A DNA stretch of 62,545 nucleotides, the filler included, from Actinomycetota bacterium (lineage in GTDB: Bacteria > Actinomycetota > CADDZG01 > JAHWKV01 > JAOPZY01): the NCBI GenBank assembly GCA_025963875.1. It is 7 parts of 7 records of this genome, joined end to end, with 100 filler letters (N's around TTAATTAATTAA, not from the genome) between each part and the next. Parts side by side here need not be neighbours in the genome. Positions count along the whole stretch, not along the records: positions 5,963 to 22,779 come from JAOPZY010000161.1; positions 22,880 to 28,056 come from JAOPZY010000205.1; 5 more parts are not named here. The stretch is one strand, 5' to 3'. The first letter of the stretch is position 1. The number at the start of each line of letters is the position of its first letter. Shown here in pieces: positions 16,602 through 25,556 of this stretch. The position numbers and the translations under genes are program-made. The notes beneath the pieces were generated by a model that saw only the letters and a list, made by a program, of their open reading frames with translations, ran no database searches and was not told the origin of the DNA.

Positions 16602-17420
16602 GCTCGACCCGACGAAGCTGATCACCTTCGCCCAGGCCACCCGTGTCTGGCGCAGGGGCCAGGTTGGCGATCAGGCTCCAGCGTCGGGAGCGCTTCCCGG
16701 TTCCGGCCTGGGTGGGGTCCAGCAGTGGGTAACCGGTCGAGAGACGCTGCTCACAGGAGGCGAGCAGGTCAGGGTCGGCACCGAGAACCTCCCCGAGGTA
16801 GCCGAGGCGTTTGAAGACCGTCCGGTTCCCGAGGCGCTCCGCGTACTCAATGAGGGTGGCCGGAGGGCCTTCCTGTAGGTAGGCGGCCAGGATCTCGGTG
16901 GCAAGGCGGATCCCGCCGGACAGGCGTGGATCGTCCAGGACGTCGACGACGGTGCGTGCGGGATCGGCCATGAGAATGGGGATTCCGTTTCGCCACTCCC
17001 GCCGGAGACCCCAGGCCATGGAGGCCGGGGAGGTATGCGAAACAACGAAGTCAGAGTCGAGCAGACGTTGCTTGGACTGGCGAACCCGCTGGGTGGTACG
17101 GATCACCGTACTGCTGAACACTTGCTCCGTCAGACCCCAGTGGTTCGCCGCGCTCCATCCCGTCACATAGGCGGGGCGCCAAACGGCGCTAGAAGGAAGG
17201 GATCACCCCCCCATCTCTCCGGGCGTTCGGGCGTCGACGGGGCGGGGATGTAGAGGTCTCGGCGCACTCGCCGCAGCCATCCCTGCTCGGCCCACCGAGC
17301 GAGCTTCTTGGTAGCCACTTGCCGATCGATCCCAAGAACCTCCACAGCGTCGGAAACCGAGACGAACTGACGGCCCTAAATTGAAAAGAACGGGGGTGAA
17401 ATACGGCCTCATGCTGGCAT
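16591..17420 (-). pseudogene. Frameshifted type IV TA antitoxin, AbiEi-like
   Basis: wHTH part (VATKKLARWAEQGWLRRVRRDLYI) and C-domain (GWSAANHWGLTEQV...DPARTVVDVLDDP..KRLGYL) are in different frames, with a break at ~17165. No toxin gene follows. Confidence 0.8.
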
Positions 17421-17454
17421 CGGGCGCCTGAGAAGGCGCTCCGCGGCACCAGGA

Positions 17455-17492
17455 TAGTCCCGGATCGCGCACATACGCGCGATCAACGACTA
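17455..17492. promoter_or_regulatory. Imperfect inverted repeat upstream of the AbiEi-like gene (possible operator)
   Basis: TAGTC-CCG-GATCGCGC-ACATAC-GCGCGATC-AAC-GACTA. Confidence 0.5.
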
Positions 17493-17672
17493 ACTTCCAC
17501 GTCCAACGGCTGCCGGCACCCGTATGTCAAGGGCCGTTGAGATCTGCCGCCAAGGGACCGCCGACCCGCCTCAGGCCCCAGACTCGGCACAGGCAAGCAA
17601 CGGCCGGTGGGTAGCAAAAGGGATTTCATACCTCATTGGTGGCCCCCGAGGCATGTGGACTGACACCTGGCT

Positions 17673-17880
17673 TCACTGGGACGGCGTCGGAACCCGGCTG
17701 AACAACCGGCCAGCGAGGTCGATTCCCACGACCGCGCCGCTCTTATCACGGGTGAACACGCCGCGAAGTCCCTTCATGGCGCCGCTGGTGATGACGTACT
17801 CGTCCGCGTTGGCGGGCAGCAGGCCGAACTCGGCCGGTATGTGGTCCGGGGGCATCTCCTGTCCGACGCCGCGCGGATGA
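17673..17880 (-). pseudogene. C-terminal gene remnant (resembles the tail of serine hydrolase/beta-lactamase-like proteins)
   Basis: Reads QEMPPDHIPAEFGLLPANADEYVITSGAMKGLRGVFTRDKSGAVVGIDLAGRLFSRV with no credible start. Confidence 0.4.
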
Positions 17881-18145
17881 GGCTCGGGCGGGCCGAGAAG
17901 AAGCACATGCGATCTTTTCAGAAACCGGCGCGCCACAAGCTGATAACGTTCAAGAAGGCTCTAGCTGCGCGATCGGTTGGGCAGTCTCGTTCACGAATGC
18001 GAGCTGGCCGCGTGAGGCGACCGGGATTTCGGCACCTACAGGCGGGCCGCCCCAAGGATGTGCGGGTGCTCTCGGCGCTGTACCGGCACCAGGCCTCGCG
18101 CTCGGAGGGCCGCTGACGTTGCCAATGAGTAAGGTTTCTCGCGTG

Positions 18146-19642
18146 ATGGCGACCCCCTGGCATCGGCACCTGCCCTCGGGGATAGAACCGGCAGCGATCG
18201 ACCTCCTCGCAGAGCGAAGCCTCCCCCAAGCGTGGGCCCAGCGCTGGGCCGAGGCCCCGGACCGGGACCTCTTGTTCATGGAGCAGCAGGGCTGGCTCTC
18301 GGCCGGCGCCTTCGACCGGGCCACCCGCGCCGTGGCGGGGCGCCTGCACGCCGCCGGCCTCCGCCGCCGAGACCGGGTGATCTTGAGCGCCGCACCCTCC
18401 GTCGCGCTGGTCAAGGCCTACGTCGCGGCGCTGCGCCTCGGCCTCGTGGTCGTACCGCTCAACCCGGGGTACCGGGAGCGGGAGGTCACCCACGTCGTCC
18501 GGGACGCCGAGCCTCCTGCGGCGATCGTGGACGATGCCGAGCGGGGAGCCTGGATCCGTCGGGCCGCCGGAAACGCACTCATCCTCGGTCCGGACGTCGA
18601 GCTGCCCGATGGGAACGTCGCCGACCTGGACGACCTCGACGCCGGCGACCCGGCCCTCATCTGCTACACCTCCGGGACGACGGGGTCGCCGAAGGGGGCG
18701 GTCCTGGCCCACGGCAACCTGCTCGCCAGCGCGCAGGCGATCCGGTTGGCCTGGCGGTGGAGCGACAACGACCGCCTGGTGCTCGCCCTGCCCCTGTTCC
18801 ACGTGCACGGGCTGTGCGTGGGGCTCCACGGGACGCTGCTGGCCGGCGGCTCAGCGGTGCTCCAGCCCCGCTTCGAGCCGGACGCCGTGCTGTCGGCGGT
18901 GCGACGGCAGGAGGCCACCCTGTTCTTCGGCGTGCCGACGATGTACCACCGCCTTGCTCGATCCCCCCGCGTGACGGAGCTTGGCCGCCTCCGGCTCTGC
19001 GTGTCGGGATCGGCTCCGCTCGCCCCGGCCCTGTGGGAGCGGATTCGCCGGGAGTCGGGCCAGCACGTCGTCGAGCGCTACGGCACGACGGAGACCCTGA
19101 TGAACACCTCGAACCCCTACGACGGCGAGCGGAGGCCGGGCAGCGTCGGGATGGCACTCCCCGGGGTCCAGGTCCGCCTGGACGGGGAGGTCCCCGGCGA
19201 GATCCTCGTCGCGGGCCCGAACGTCTTCTCGGGCTACTGGCGAAACGCGCAGGCGACCGCTGATGCGTTCGACTCCCAGGGCTGGTTCCGAACGGGCGAC
19301 ATCGGGCGTCTCGGGGCGGACGGCTACCTCCGGATCGAGGGACGGGTCCAGGAGGTGATCATCTCCGGGGGCTTCAACGTCTATCCGCGCGAGGTCGAGG
19401 AGGTCCTCCTCACCCATCCCGGCGTCGCGGAGGTCTGCGTGGTCGGCACGCCGTCCGAGGAGTGGGGTGAGACGGTGACCGCGTTCGTGGTTCCGGTGGA
19501 CCAGTCTCCCGAACCCGAGGCGCTCCTGGCGTTTGCAGCCGAGCGCCTCGCCGCCTACAAGCGCCCCCGCACGGTCCGCTTCCTGAACGCCCTGCCCCGC
19601 AACGCCACCGGCAAGGTCGTCCGCCGCGAGCTACCTGCCTGA
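18146..19642 (+). CDS. AMP-dependent acyl-CoA synthetase (MatB/malonyl-CoA synthetase-like)
   Basis: YTSGTTGSPKG, LPLFHVHGL, VSGSAPL, ERYGTTE, WFRTGD, SGGFNVYPREVE, LPRNATGKV. Confidence 0.92.
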   Translation: MATPWHRHLPSGIEPAAIDLLAERSLPQAWAQRWAEAPDRDLLFMEQQGWLSAGAFDRATRAVAGRLHAAGLRRRDRVILSAAPSVALVKAYVAALRLGLVVVPLNPGYREREVTHVVRDAEPPAAIVDDAERGAWIRRAAGNALILGPDVELPDGNVADLDDLDAGDPALICYTSGTTGSPKGAVLAHGNLLASAQAIRLAWRWSDNDRLVLALPLFHVHGLCVGLHGTLLAGGSAVLQPRFEPDAVLSAVRRQEATLFFGVPTMYHRLARSPRVTELGRLRLCVSGSAPLAPALWERIRRESGQHVVERYGTTETLMNTSNPYDGERRPGSVGMALPGVQVRLDGEVPGEILVAGPNVFSGYWRNAQATADAFDSQGWFRTGDIGRLGADGYLRIEGRVQEVIISGGFNVYPREVEEVLLTHPGVAEVCVVGTPSEEWGETVTAFVVPVDQSPEPEALLAFAAERLAAYKRPRTVRFLNALPRNATGKVVRRELPA

Positions 19643-19652
19643 TGGGCGCCAG

Positions 19653-20720
19653 TCACACAACATGTGAGCGGGTGACCGACCCGAGGTCGGGGGTGCCGAG
19701 CAGCGTCATGGCATTGCGCATCTCCACCGACAGCAGCTCGAGCGCGCGCCGGACCCCGTCCTCGCCGCCGGCCGCGAGCGCGTACAGGTAGGGCCGGCCG
19801 ATGAACACGCCCTGCGCCCCAAGGGCCAGCGCGATCACCACGTCCCCGCCTCGGCGCACCCCGCCGTCCAGGTAGACCTCCAGGCGCCCCCCGACGGCGG
19901 TGACCACGTCCTCCAGAACGTCCAGGCTGGCGGGGCAGCGGTCGAGCTGCCTGCCGCCGTGGTTGGAGACCACCACCGCCGAGGCGCCATATGCGGCCGC
20001 GAGCTCGGCGTCGTCGGGGGTCAGGATGCCCTTGACCACCAGCGGTAGGGCGGAAAGAGAGCGAACCCAGCCGACGTCGTCCCAGGTCAGCCGCGGATCG
20101 AAGGATGTCGCGATCAGCTCCCGAAGAGAGAGGTCGCCAAGTCCCGGCCGGTCGAAGTTGCCCAGCCCGTCCCAGCGGCCCGCGAAGCCCTGTCGCAGCT
20201 CGCGGTCGCGGTAGCCGGTCACGGGAAGGTCGACCGTGAGTACGACCGCCCGGCAACCGGCAGCCTCCGCCCGCCGCACGAGGTCTTCGGTCAGGGCCCG
20301 GTCCTTCTGGATGTAGAGTTGGAACCACCAGGCGCCGTCGGTCGCCGCTCCCACCGCTTCGATGGGGTGAGTCGACACCGTCGAGAGGCAGTAGACGACG
20401 CCTGCGCTTGCCGCTGCCTGGGCCGCGGCGATCTCCCCGTCCGGGTGCGCCAGCCCCTGCAGCGCTGCGGGAGCCAGCCCGACCGGCATCGATACTGGCG
20501 CTCCCAGCATCGTGGCCGACGTGTCCACCTCGACGACACCCGTGAGCACCCGGGGCCACAGCCGGCGTCGGGCGAAGGCCGCCGCGTTCTCCCGCAGTGT
20601 CACCTCGTCGCCGGCGCCGCCGGCGACGAAGTCAAAAGCCTCGGGATCCATAGCGGCCCGGGCAAGGGCCTCGAGGTCGTGCAGGCTGACCGCATCCTTC
20701 CATGCGGCTCCCCCGGGCAT
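19653..20720 (-). CDS. FMN-dependent alpha-hydroxy acid oxidase/dehydrogenase
   Basis: RBS AGGAGGAG. Motifs WFQLY, LTVDLP, VVKGIL, SNHGGRQLD, DGGVRRGGD, IGRP. Confidence 0.93.
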   Translation of the reverse strand: MPGGAAWKDAVSLHDLEALARAAMDPEAFDFVAGGAGDEVTLRENAAAFARRRLWPRVLTGVVEVDTSATMLGAPVSMPVGLAPAALQGLAHPDGEIAAAQAAASAGVVYCLSTVSTHPIEAVGAATDGAWWFQLYIQKDRALTEDLVRRAEAAGCRAVVLTVDLPVTGYRDRELRQGFAGRWDGLGNFDRPGLGDLSLRELIATSFDPRLTWDDVGWVRSLSALPLVVKGILTPDDAELAAAYGASAVVVSNHGGRQLDRCPASLDVLEDVVTAVGGRLEVYLDGGVRRGGDVVIALALGAQGVFIGRPYLYALAAGGEDGVRRALELLSVEMRNAMTLLGTPDLGSVTRSHVV

Positions 20721-21208
20721 GGCTCCTCCTGCAGGTCCCGGCTGCGCACTACCCGGCCTAGGCTCACAGGGTCTGTCGGCGCCCGGGTCGATCCCTTCCA
20801 ACCGCCAGACAATCCCCCATGATCGGTCCCAAATCGCCTGAACGCGGCGGTACGTGCCCCACTTCAGGGTTACGAAAAGGTACCCACAAGGTTACCCATC
20901 ACCATTAAGGCACCACGGCGGCCAAACTACAGCTCAACTGTTATGGGAGAATATGCTTCATACAGCAAAGAAGAGTGTTAAAGAATTGGTGGCATGTTCA
21001 CGGAAGGCCCTGACCAGGGCGAATGGGATCCAGGCGACGAGTCTCCACAGGTTTACGGCACCGATCTCCACAATCCTGCTCAGCCCGGGATCGCACCTCA
21101 GAAAGAGACACGGCCAACCACCACCCTCACGGGGTGGGCGGCAGAGGGGGTGGGGTGCCTTTGCGGAAACGCATCGACCTGGCGTCAAGGTACTGGGTTG
21201 AAATTGCG

Positions 21209-22044
21209 TCATCTCTCGATCCCCAGGGCGGCGATGAATTCGGCAACCGCCGCGACGGCGTCATTCGCAACGACGTCATAGCCGAGGTCCGGATGGAGGC
21301 TCAACATCGTGGCCGCGTAGGCAATGCTCCCCTGAGCTTCGACATTCGCAAAGTTAGCTGCCAGCTCAACGAGGGCCGTCTCCGTGGGACCGACGAGTGC
21401 CGCCTCGAACCGATCCCGGACTCTCTGCGCGGCAACAACCGGCCCGCCGTCGTCGTTGTGGAGCAGGACATACGCGATGTCGTACCAGTCCTTCTCCACA
21501 CCACGTCCCCGTGAATCGTGAACCTTGGCGAGCAGGTACGCCGGCAACGTTGCGACACGAAGATCGATGCTCTTGGCGCCTTGACCGAGGTCGGCCTTAA
21601 CCCGGCGGACCTCCCAGTCCTGGGAGCGAATCCGGTGCCCCGCAGGTTGACCGCTCCGAAGAACTCGCAGTCGTCGAACAAGACCGTCGTCTGGTTGGGC
21701 ACGTCATCGAGGTCAGCAAAAAACTCGACCTTCACGACCATTGCGGATGCGGCCTGGTCTCTCCAACGCCAAACCCGCTCGCCGTCGGGAACGAAGCGCG
21801 CCTCGCGGAGGGCACCCTCCAATCGGGCGGCGTTCACGGAGCCGCCCTGAATCTCGAGGTCGACCTGGACGTCCACGTCGGTCGTGCCGATGTGGCGGTG
21901 CGCCGCTGCACTGCAGAGAAGATCCGGAACGAGACCACCGAGGAGAACGAACTCCGGAATCTCGCCGTGCGCCGCGACCAATCGCACGAGAGCGCCCTGG
22001 GCAAGGTCGCGCGCCCGGCGACTACGAACCGGGTCCGACACCAC
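21209..22044 (-). pseudogene. Frameshifted nucleotidyltransferase (AbiEii/DNA pol beta-like toxin)
   Basis: LLGGLVP...GTTDVDV motif in one frame and LPAYLLAK...KDWYDIAYVL in another, with a shift at ~21625. Confidence 0.7.
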
Positions 22045-22429
22045 GTACCTCCCTCAGATGGTTGGCTGCCTCAGCCGCCCGGCCTCCCGACGCGATGAGG
22101 TCCGCGTAGACGCGAGCGGGTAGGGCGACTTGGACGCCTCCGATCTTTGGTCCTCTGGCGCTCATGGACGTGGGCAGCTCGCGTTCGATGCGGTGCCCCT
22201 TCTCGACCACGCGTCCGCCAAGAACACTGGCAAGGCGATCACGTGCGATGAGCAGGGAACGGTCGACGTACAGCTCCACGACCGTGACGTCGCTGAGGTA
22301 GGGCGCGAGCAGTGTCGACGCGGCCGCTCCGCTCACGGCCCATGTGACCCCCATAGCGGTAAGCCCCGGCCCGATCTCCATGTCGAGCACGTCGAGCGGG
22401 TTGGCCCAGAGCCGGTGAACCCGGACCAC
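22022..22429 (-). pseudogene. C-terminal remnant of an AbiEi-type antitoxin/regulator
   Basis: WAVSGAAASTLLAPYL...VALPARVYADLIASGGRAAEAANHLRE. It overlaps the NTase start and the 5' part is missing. Confidence 0.6.
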
Positions 22430-22479
22430 CTTCTGCCTCTTTCGGAACTCGCCGGCCGCTTCGGTGTCCTGATCGATGA

Positions 22480-22779
22480 GGGAATCACCCGCGACTTTGA
22501 CATCGGGCGTCTGGTCACCACGGAGAACTTCCAGGCCCTGAAGGCAGTGGCGCAGGCGGCCAACGCTGCCCTGATCGACCTAGAGCACTCCGGGGAGACC
22601 TGTGCCCCCGATGCGGACACCCTCCAGAGGATCGTCCTGCCGTCAACGAAGGACGGCGTAGCGGCTCCGGGGCTTCGCTTCGGAGATCCGCGTGTGGTGG
22701 CGTTGCTCGCCGGCCTGGTCAGCTTCACCCATCTGGTCGCAGGGTTCACCAACGCCTCCCTGCGCACCCTGGTGGAGGG
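22480..22779 (+). mobile_element. Internal fragment of a putative transposase (truncated by contig end)
   Basis: TRDFDIGRLVTTENFQALKAVAQAANAAL...APGLRFGDPRVVALL...GFTNASLR resembles a multicopy actinobacterial transposase-like family (recognised from memory). It abuts the broken antitoxin. Confidence 0.55.
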
Positions 22780-22964
22780 NNNNNNNNNNNNNNNNNNNNN
22801 NNNNNNNNNNNNNNNNNNNNNNNTTAATTAATTAANNNNNNNNNNNNNNNNNNNNNNNNNNNNNNNNNNNNNNNNNNNNCATCGGTCGTGCCCCCTTGGG
22901 CGGGTCTCCCCGAATACCTCATGTGAGGGATGACCCACCGGCGGCTGGGCGCGACGCTTCGGAC

Positions 22965-23519
22965 ATGCCGCGATCCATGCGAGAGGATTGCCTGCCCGCT
23001 GGGGCCCTGGTCTGCGACGACCACTACCCCGACTGGGAGGAGATCTACCGCGACAACGTCGTCAGGCTCTACCGCCTGATGTACGCCAAGGTGGGGAACC
23101 GCCCCGACGCCGAGGATCTGACCACCGAGGTATTCATGGCTGCCCTGGGCCCCCTGCGCGTCGGCGCCTCCCGCGGTGAAGTGCGCGCGTATCTCACGGC
23201 CACCGCCCGTACGGTCCTTGCCGGCTACTGGCGCCGGCGCCTGGGCGTGCAGGTCACTTCGATCGACCCGGAAATGGACGTCGTGTACCTGGAGGAGCCT
23301 TCGGCCCTTTCCGACGCGCCGGCCCGGGCCCGCCGGCTCTTGAACGCCCTGCCCGAGCGATACCGCCGCATCCTCGAGCTGCGGTTCCTCGAGGCGCTCA
23401 GCATCAAGGAGGCCGCCCGGGAGATGGGCATCACCGTGGCCAACGCCAAGGTGCTCCAGCACCGTGCCCTCCGCATGGCTGCCAATTCGGGCCCGCCCGA
23501 ACTCGGCGGCTCCGGCTGA
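22965..23519 (+). CDS. ECF RNA polymerase sigma factor
   Basis: Region 2 DAEDLTTEVF and region 4 LPERYRRILELRFLEALSIKEAAREMGITVANAKVLQHRAL. Confidence 0.92.
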   Translation: MPRSMREDCLPAGALVCDDHYPDWEEIYRDNVVRLYRLMYAKVGNRPDAEDLTTEVFMAALGPLRVGASRGEVRAYLTATARTVLAGYWRRRLGVQVTSIDPEMDVVYLEEPSALSDAPARARRLLNALPERYRRILELRFLEALSIKEAAREMGITVANAKVLQHRALRMAANSGPPELGGSG

Positions 23520-23597
23520 CACACGAGTCCGGGTGTATCCACCCCACCTATCTCTTGGGTGAGATCGGTCTCATCCCCCCGGACAAAGGAGAACTTG

Positions 23598-25556
23598 ATG
23601 CAACACCCTCCGAACCATGACCGCCCCGTAGAAGGTGCACTCGCCATTGGCCTCCAGCCGTTGCGGGTGCTGCGTTACGCAGCCGCTGCCTCGATCGCCG
23701 TCGGTGGCTACATCCACCTCTGCCTGTACCGGCACGGCTTCCGCGCCATCCCGAAGATCGGGCCGGGTTTCCTCCTCCAGGTGGTGACCTCGGCCCTCGT
23801 TGCCGGCACCCTCCTGATCGGCCGTGAACGGATCCTCCAGGTCGGCCGGCTCGTGGTACGCAGCTCCGCTGCGGTGCAGCTGTTCGGGCTGAGCCTGAGC
23901 CTCGGGACGCTCGCCGCCTTCGGCCTCACCCGGACGCCCGCGGGCCTGTTCAACTTTCAGGAACGGGGGCTCCAGCCCGCACCCCAGGCGCTCATCGCCC
24001 TGGTCGCCGAGCTGGTCGCAACCGTGCTGCTCGTGAGCACCCTGGTCCTCGACCATCTCCGGCCGGTCCCGCTGGAGATGGACGCTCGTCGATCCCGGCT
24101 GGTCGCGCCTGTGGCTGTGTCGTCAATGGGACGACGCATGGCACGACTGGCTCGCCTGCCCGGACGCGGAGGTCGGAGGGCGCTGGTCGCCGGTGTTCTC
24201 GCCATCGTGGTCCTCATCGGCACGATCGCCTACGCGACGACCAACCGGTCCAAGCCAGCTGCGGTCGGGCTCGGTCAGATCCAGCACATCGTGGTGGTCT
24301 CCATGGAGAACTGGAGCTTCGATAGCCTCTACGGGAAGTTCCCCGGCACCAACGGCATCGCCAACGCCGCCGGGACGCAGGTCGACCGCAGCGGTGTCCC
24401 CTACCCGCAGCTTCCTCAGCCCCCGGCCAGCACGAAGGCGGGGCAGTCGAGCGCCACGTCGCCGCCCCCCGATACACGCTTCCCTGCCGGCCTCCCCAAC
24501 GCCCCCTTCGACCTGGCCCCGTACGTGCCGCCCACCGACGACATCGGCGACCCGGGGTCCGGCTTCTATCAGGAACAGGCCCAGATCGACGGCGGCCGCA
24601 TGGACCGCTTCGTCGCCAGCGGAAAGGGGGGTGCCCTGCCGTTGGGCTACTACGACGCCACGAACCTGCCGCTCGGAGCCCTCGCGCAGCAGTACACCCT
24701 CGCCGACAACTTCTTCCACTCCGCCTTCGGCTCGTCGATGCTGAACCATTTCTGGCTCGTGAGCGGAGCCACGCCTCAGTGGCCCGATGCCCCCGCGTCG
24801 ATGCGGGCGGTCCTCGACCAGAGCGGGCACCTGGTGAAAGACGGGGTCGTGACCCCCGATGGGTACCTCGTCAACACCGCCTACCCCGCCGGCGGCCCCC
24901 ACCCTGCCAAGCTGGCGCCCGGGACCCAGCTCGTCCCACCGCTCACCGCACCGACGATCGGCGATCGCCTGAGCGCCAGGAACATCAGCTGGGCCTGGTA
25001 CGCGGGGGGCTGGTCGAACGCCCTCGCCGGCCACCCGGACCCGTTGTTCCAGTTCAACCACCAGCCCTTCGACTACTACGCCAACTACGCCAACGGCACG
25101 CCCGGCCAGGCCGCCCACCTCAAGGACGAGTCCGATCTCGTCGAGGCCATCCGCACCGACACCCTTCCTGCGGTGAGCTTCTACGAGCCGATCGGCACCG
25201 ACAACGAGCACCCCGGCTATGCAAACCTCCTCGACGGTGAGACGCACGCGGCCTCGCTGATCCAGAGCATCATGGCGAGCAAGGCCTGGAAGTCGACGGC
25301 GATCGTCCTCGCCTACGACGAGAACGGCGGGTTCTGGGACCACGTGAGCCCGCCAGCGGGTGACCGCTGGGGTCCGGGGACCCGCGTTCCGGCCATGGTC
25401 ATCTCCCCGTTCGCCAAGCGGCACTTCGTCGACCACACCACCTATGACACGACCTCGATCCTGAGCCTCATCGAGCACCGGTTCGACCTCACGCCCCTCG
25501 GCCCCCGCGACGCCGCAGCCCCCGACCTTCAGGCAGCATTTGCGTTCAAGGGTTGA
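23598..25556 (+). CDS. Membrane domain fused to an AcpA-type phosphoesterase (acid phosphatase/phospholipase C family)
   Basis: RBS AAGGAG. About five hydrophobic segments, then HIVVVSMENWSFD, ADNFFHSAFGSSMLNH, NEHPG, YDENGGFWDHV, GPGTRVP, YDTTSIL. Confidence 0.85.
   Translation: MQHPPNHDRPVEGALAIGLQPLRVLRYAAAASIAVGGYIHLCLYRHGFRAIPKIGPGFLLQVVTSALVAGTLLIGRERILQVGRLVVRSSAAVQLFGLSLSLGTLAAFGLTRTPAGLFNFQERGLQPAPQALIALVAELVATVLLVSTLVLDHLRPVPLEMDARRSRLVAPVAVSSMGRRMARLARLPGRGGRRALVAGVLAIVVLIGTIAYATTNRSKPAAVGLGQIQHIVVVSMENWSFDSLYGKFPGTNGIANAAGTQVDRSGVPYPQLPQPPASTKAGQSSATSPPPDTRFPAGLPNAPFDLAPYVPPTDDIGDPGSGFYQEQAQIDGGRMDRFVASGKGGALPLGYYDATNLPLGALAQQYTLADNFFHSAFGSSMLNHFWLVSGATPQWPDAPASMRAVLDQSGHLVKDGVVTPDGYLVNTAYPAGGPHPAKLAPGTQLVPPLTAPTIGDRLSARNISWAWYAGGWSNALAGHPDPLFQFNHQPFDYYANYANGTPGQAAHLKDESDLVEAIRTDTLPAVSFYEPIGTDNEHPGYANLLDGETHAASLIQSIMASKAWKSTAIVLAYDENGGFWDHVSPPAGDRWGPGTRVPAMVISPFAKRHFVDHTTYDTTSILSLIEHRFDLTPLGPRDAAAPDLQAAFAFKG

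Noticed and set aside
4227..20720. hppD homolog plus FMN hydroxy-acid oxidase as a hydroxymandelate (HmaS/Hmo) pathway
   Set aside because: The genes are on different contigs, and the dioxygenase is coupled to hmgA, which supports true HppD.
20938..20966. dif/Xer site
   Set aside because: It is only a weak, gapped inverted repeat around AATATG, with no TTATGTTAA-like XerD arm.
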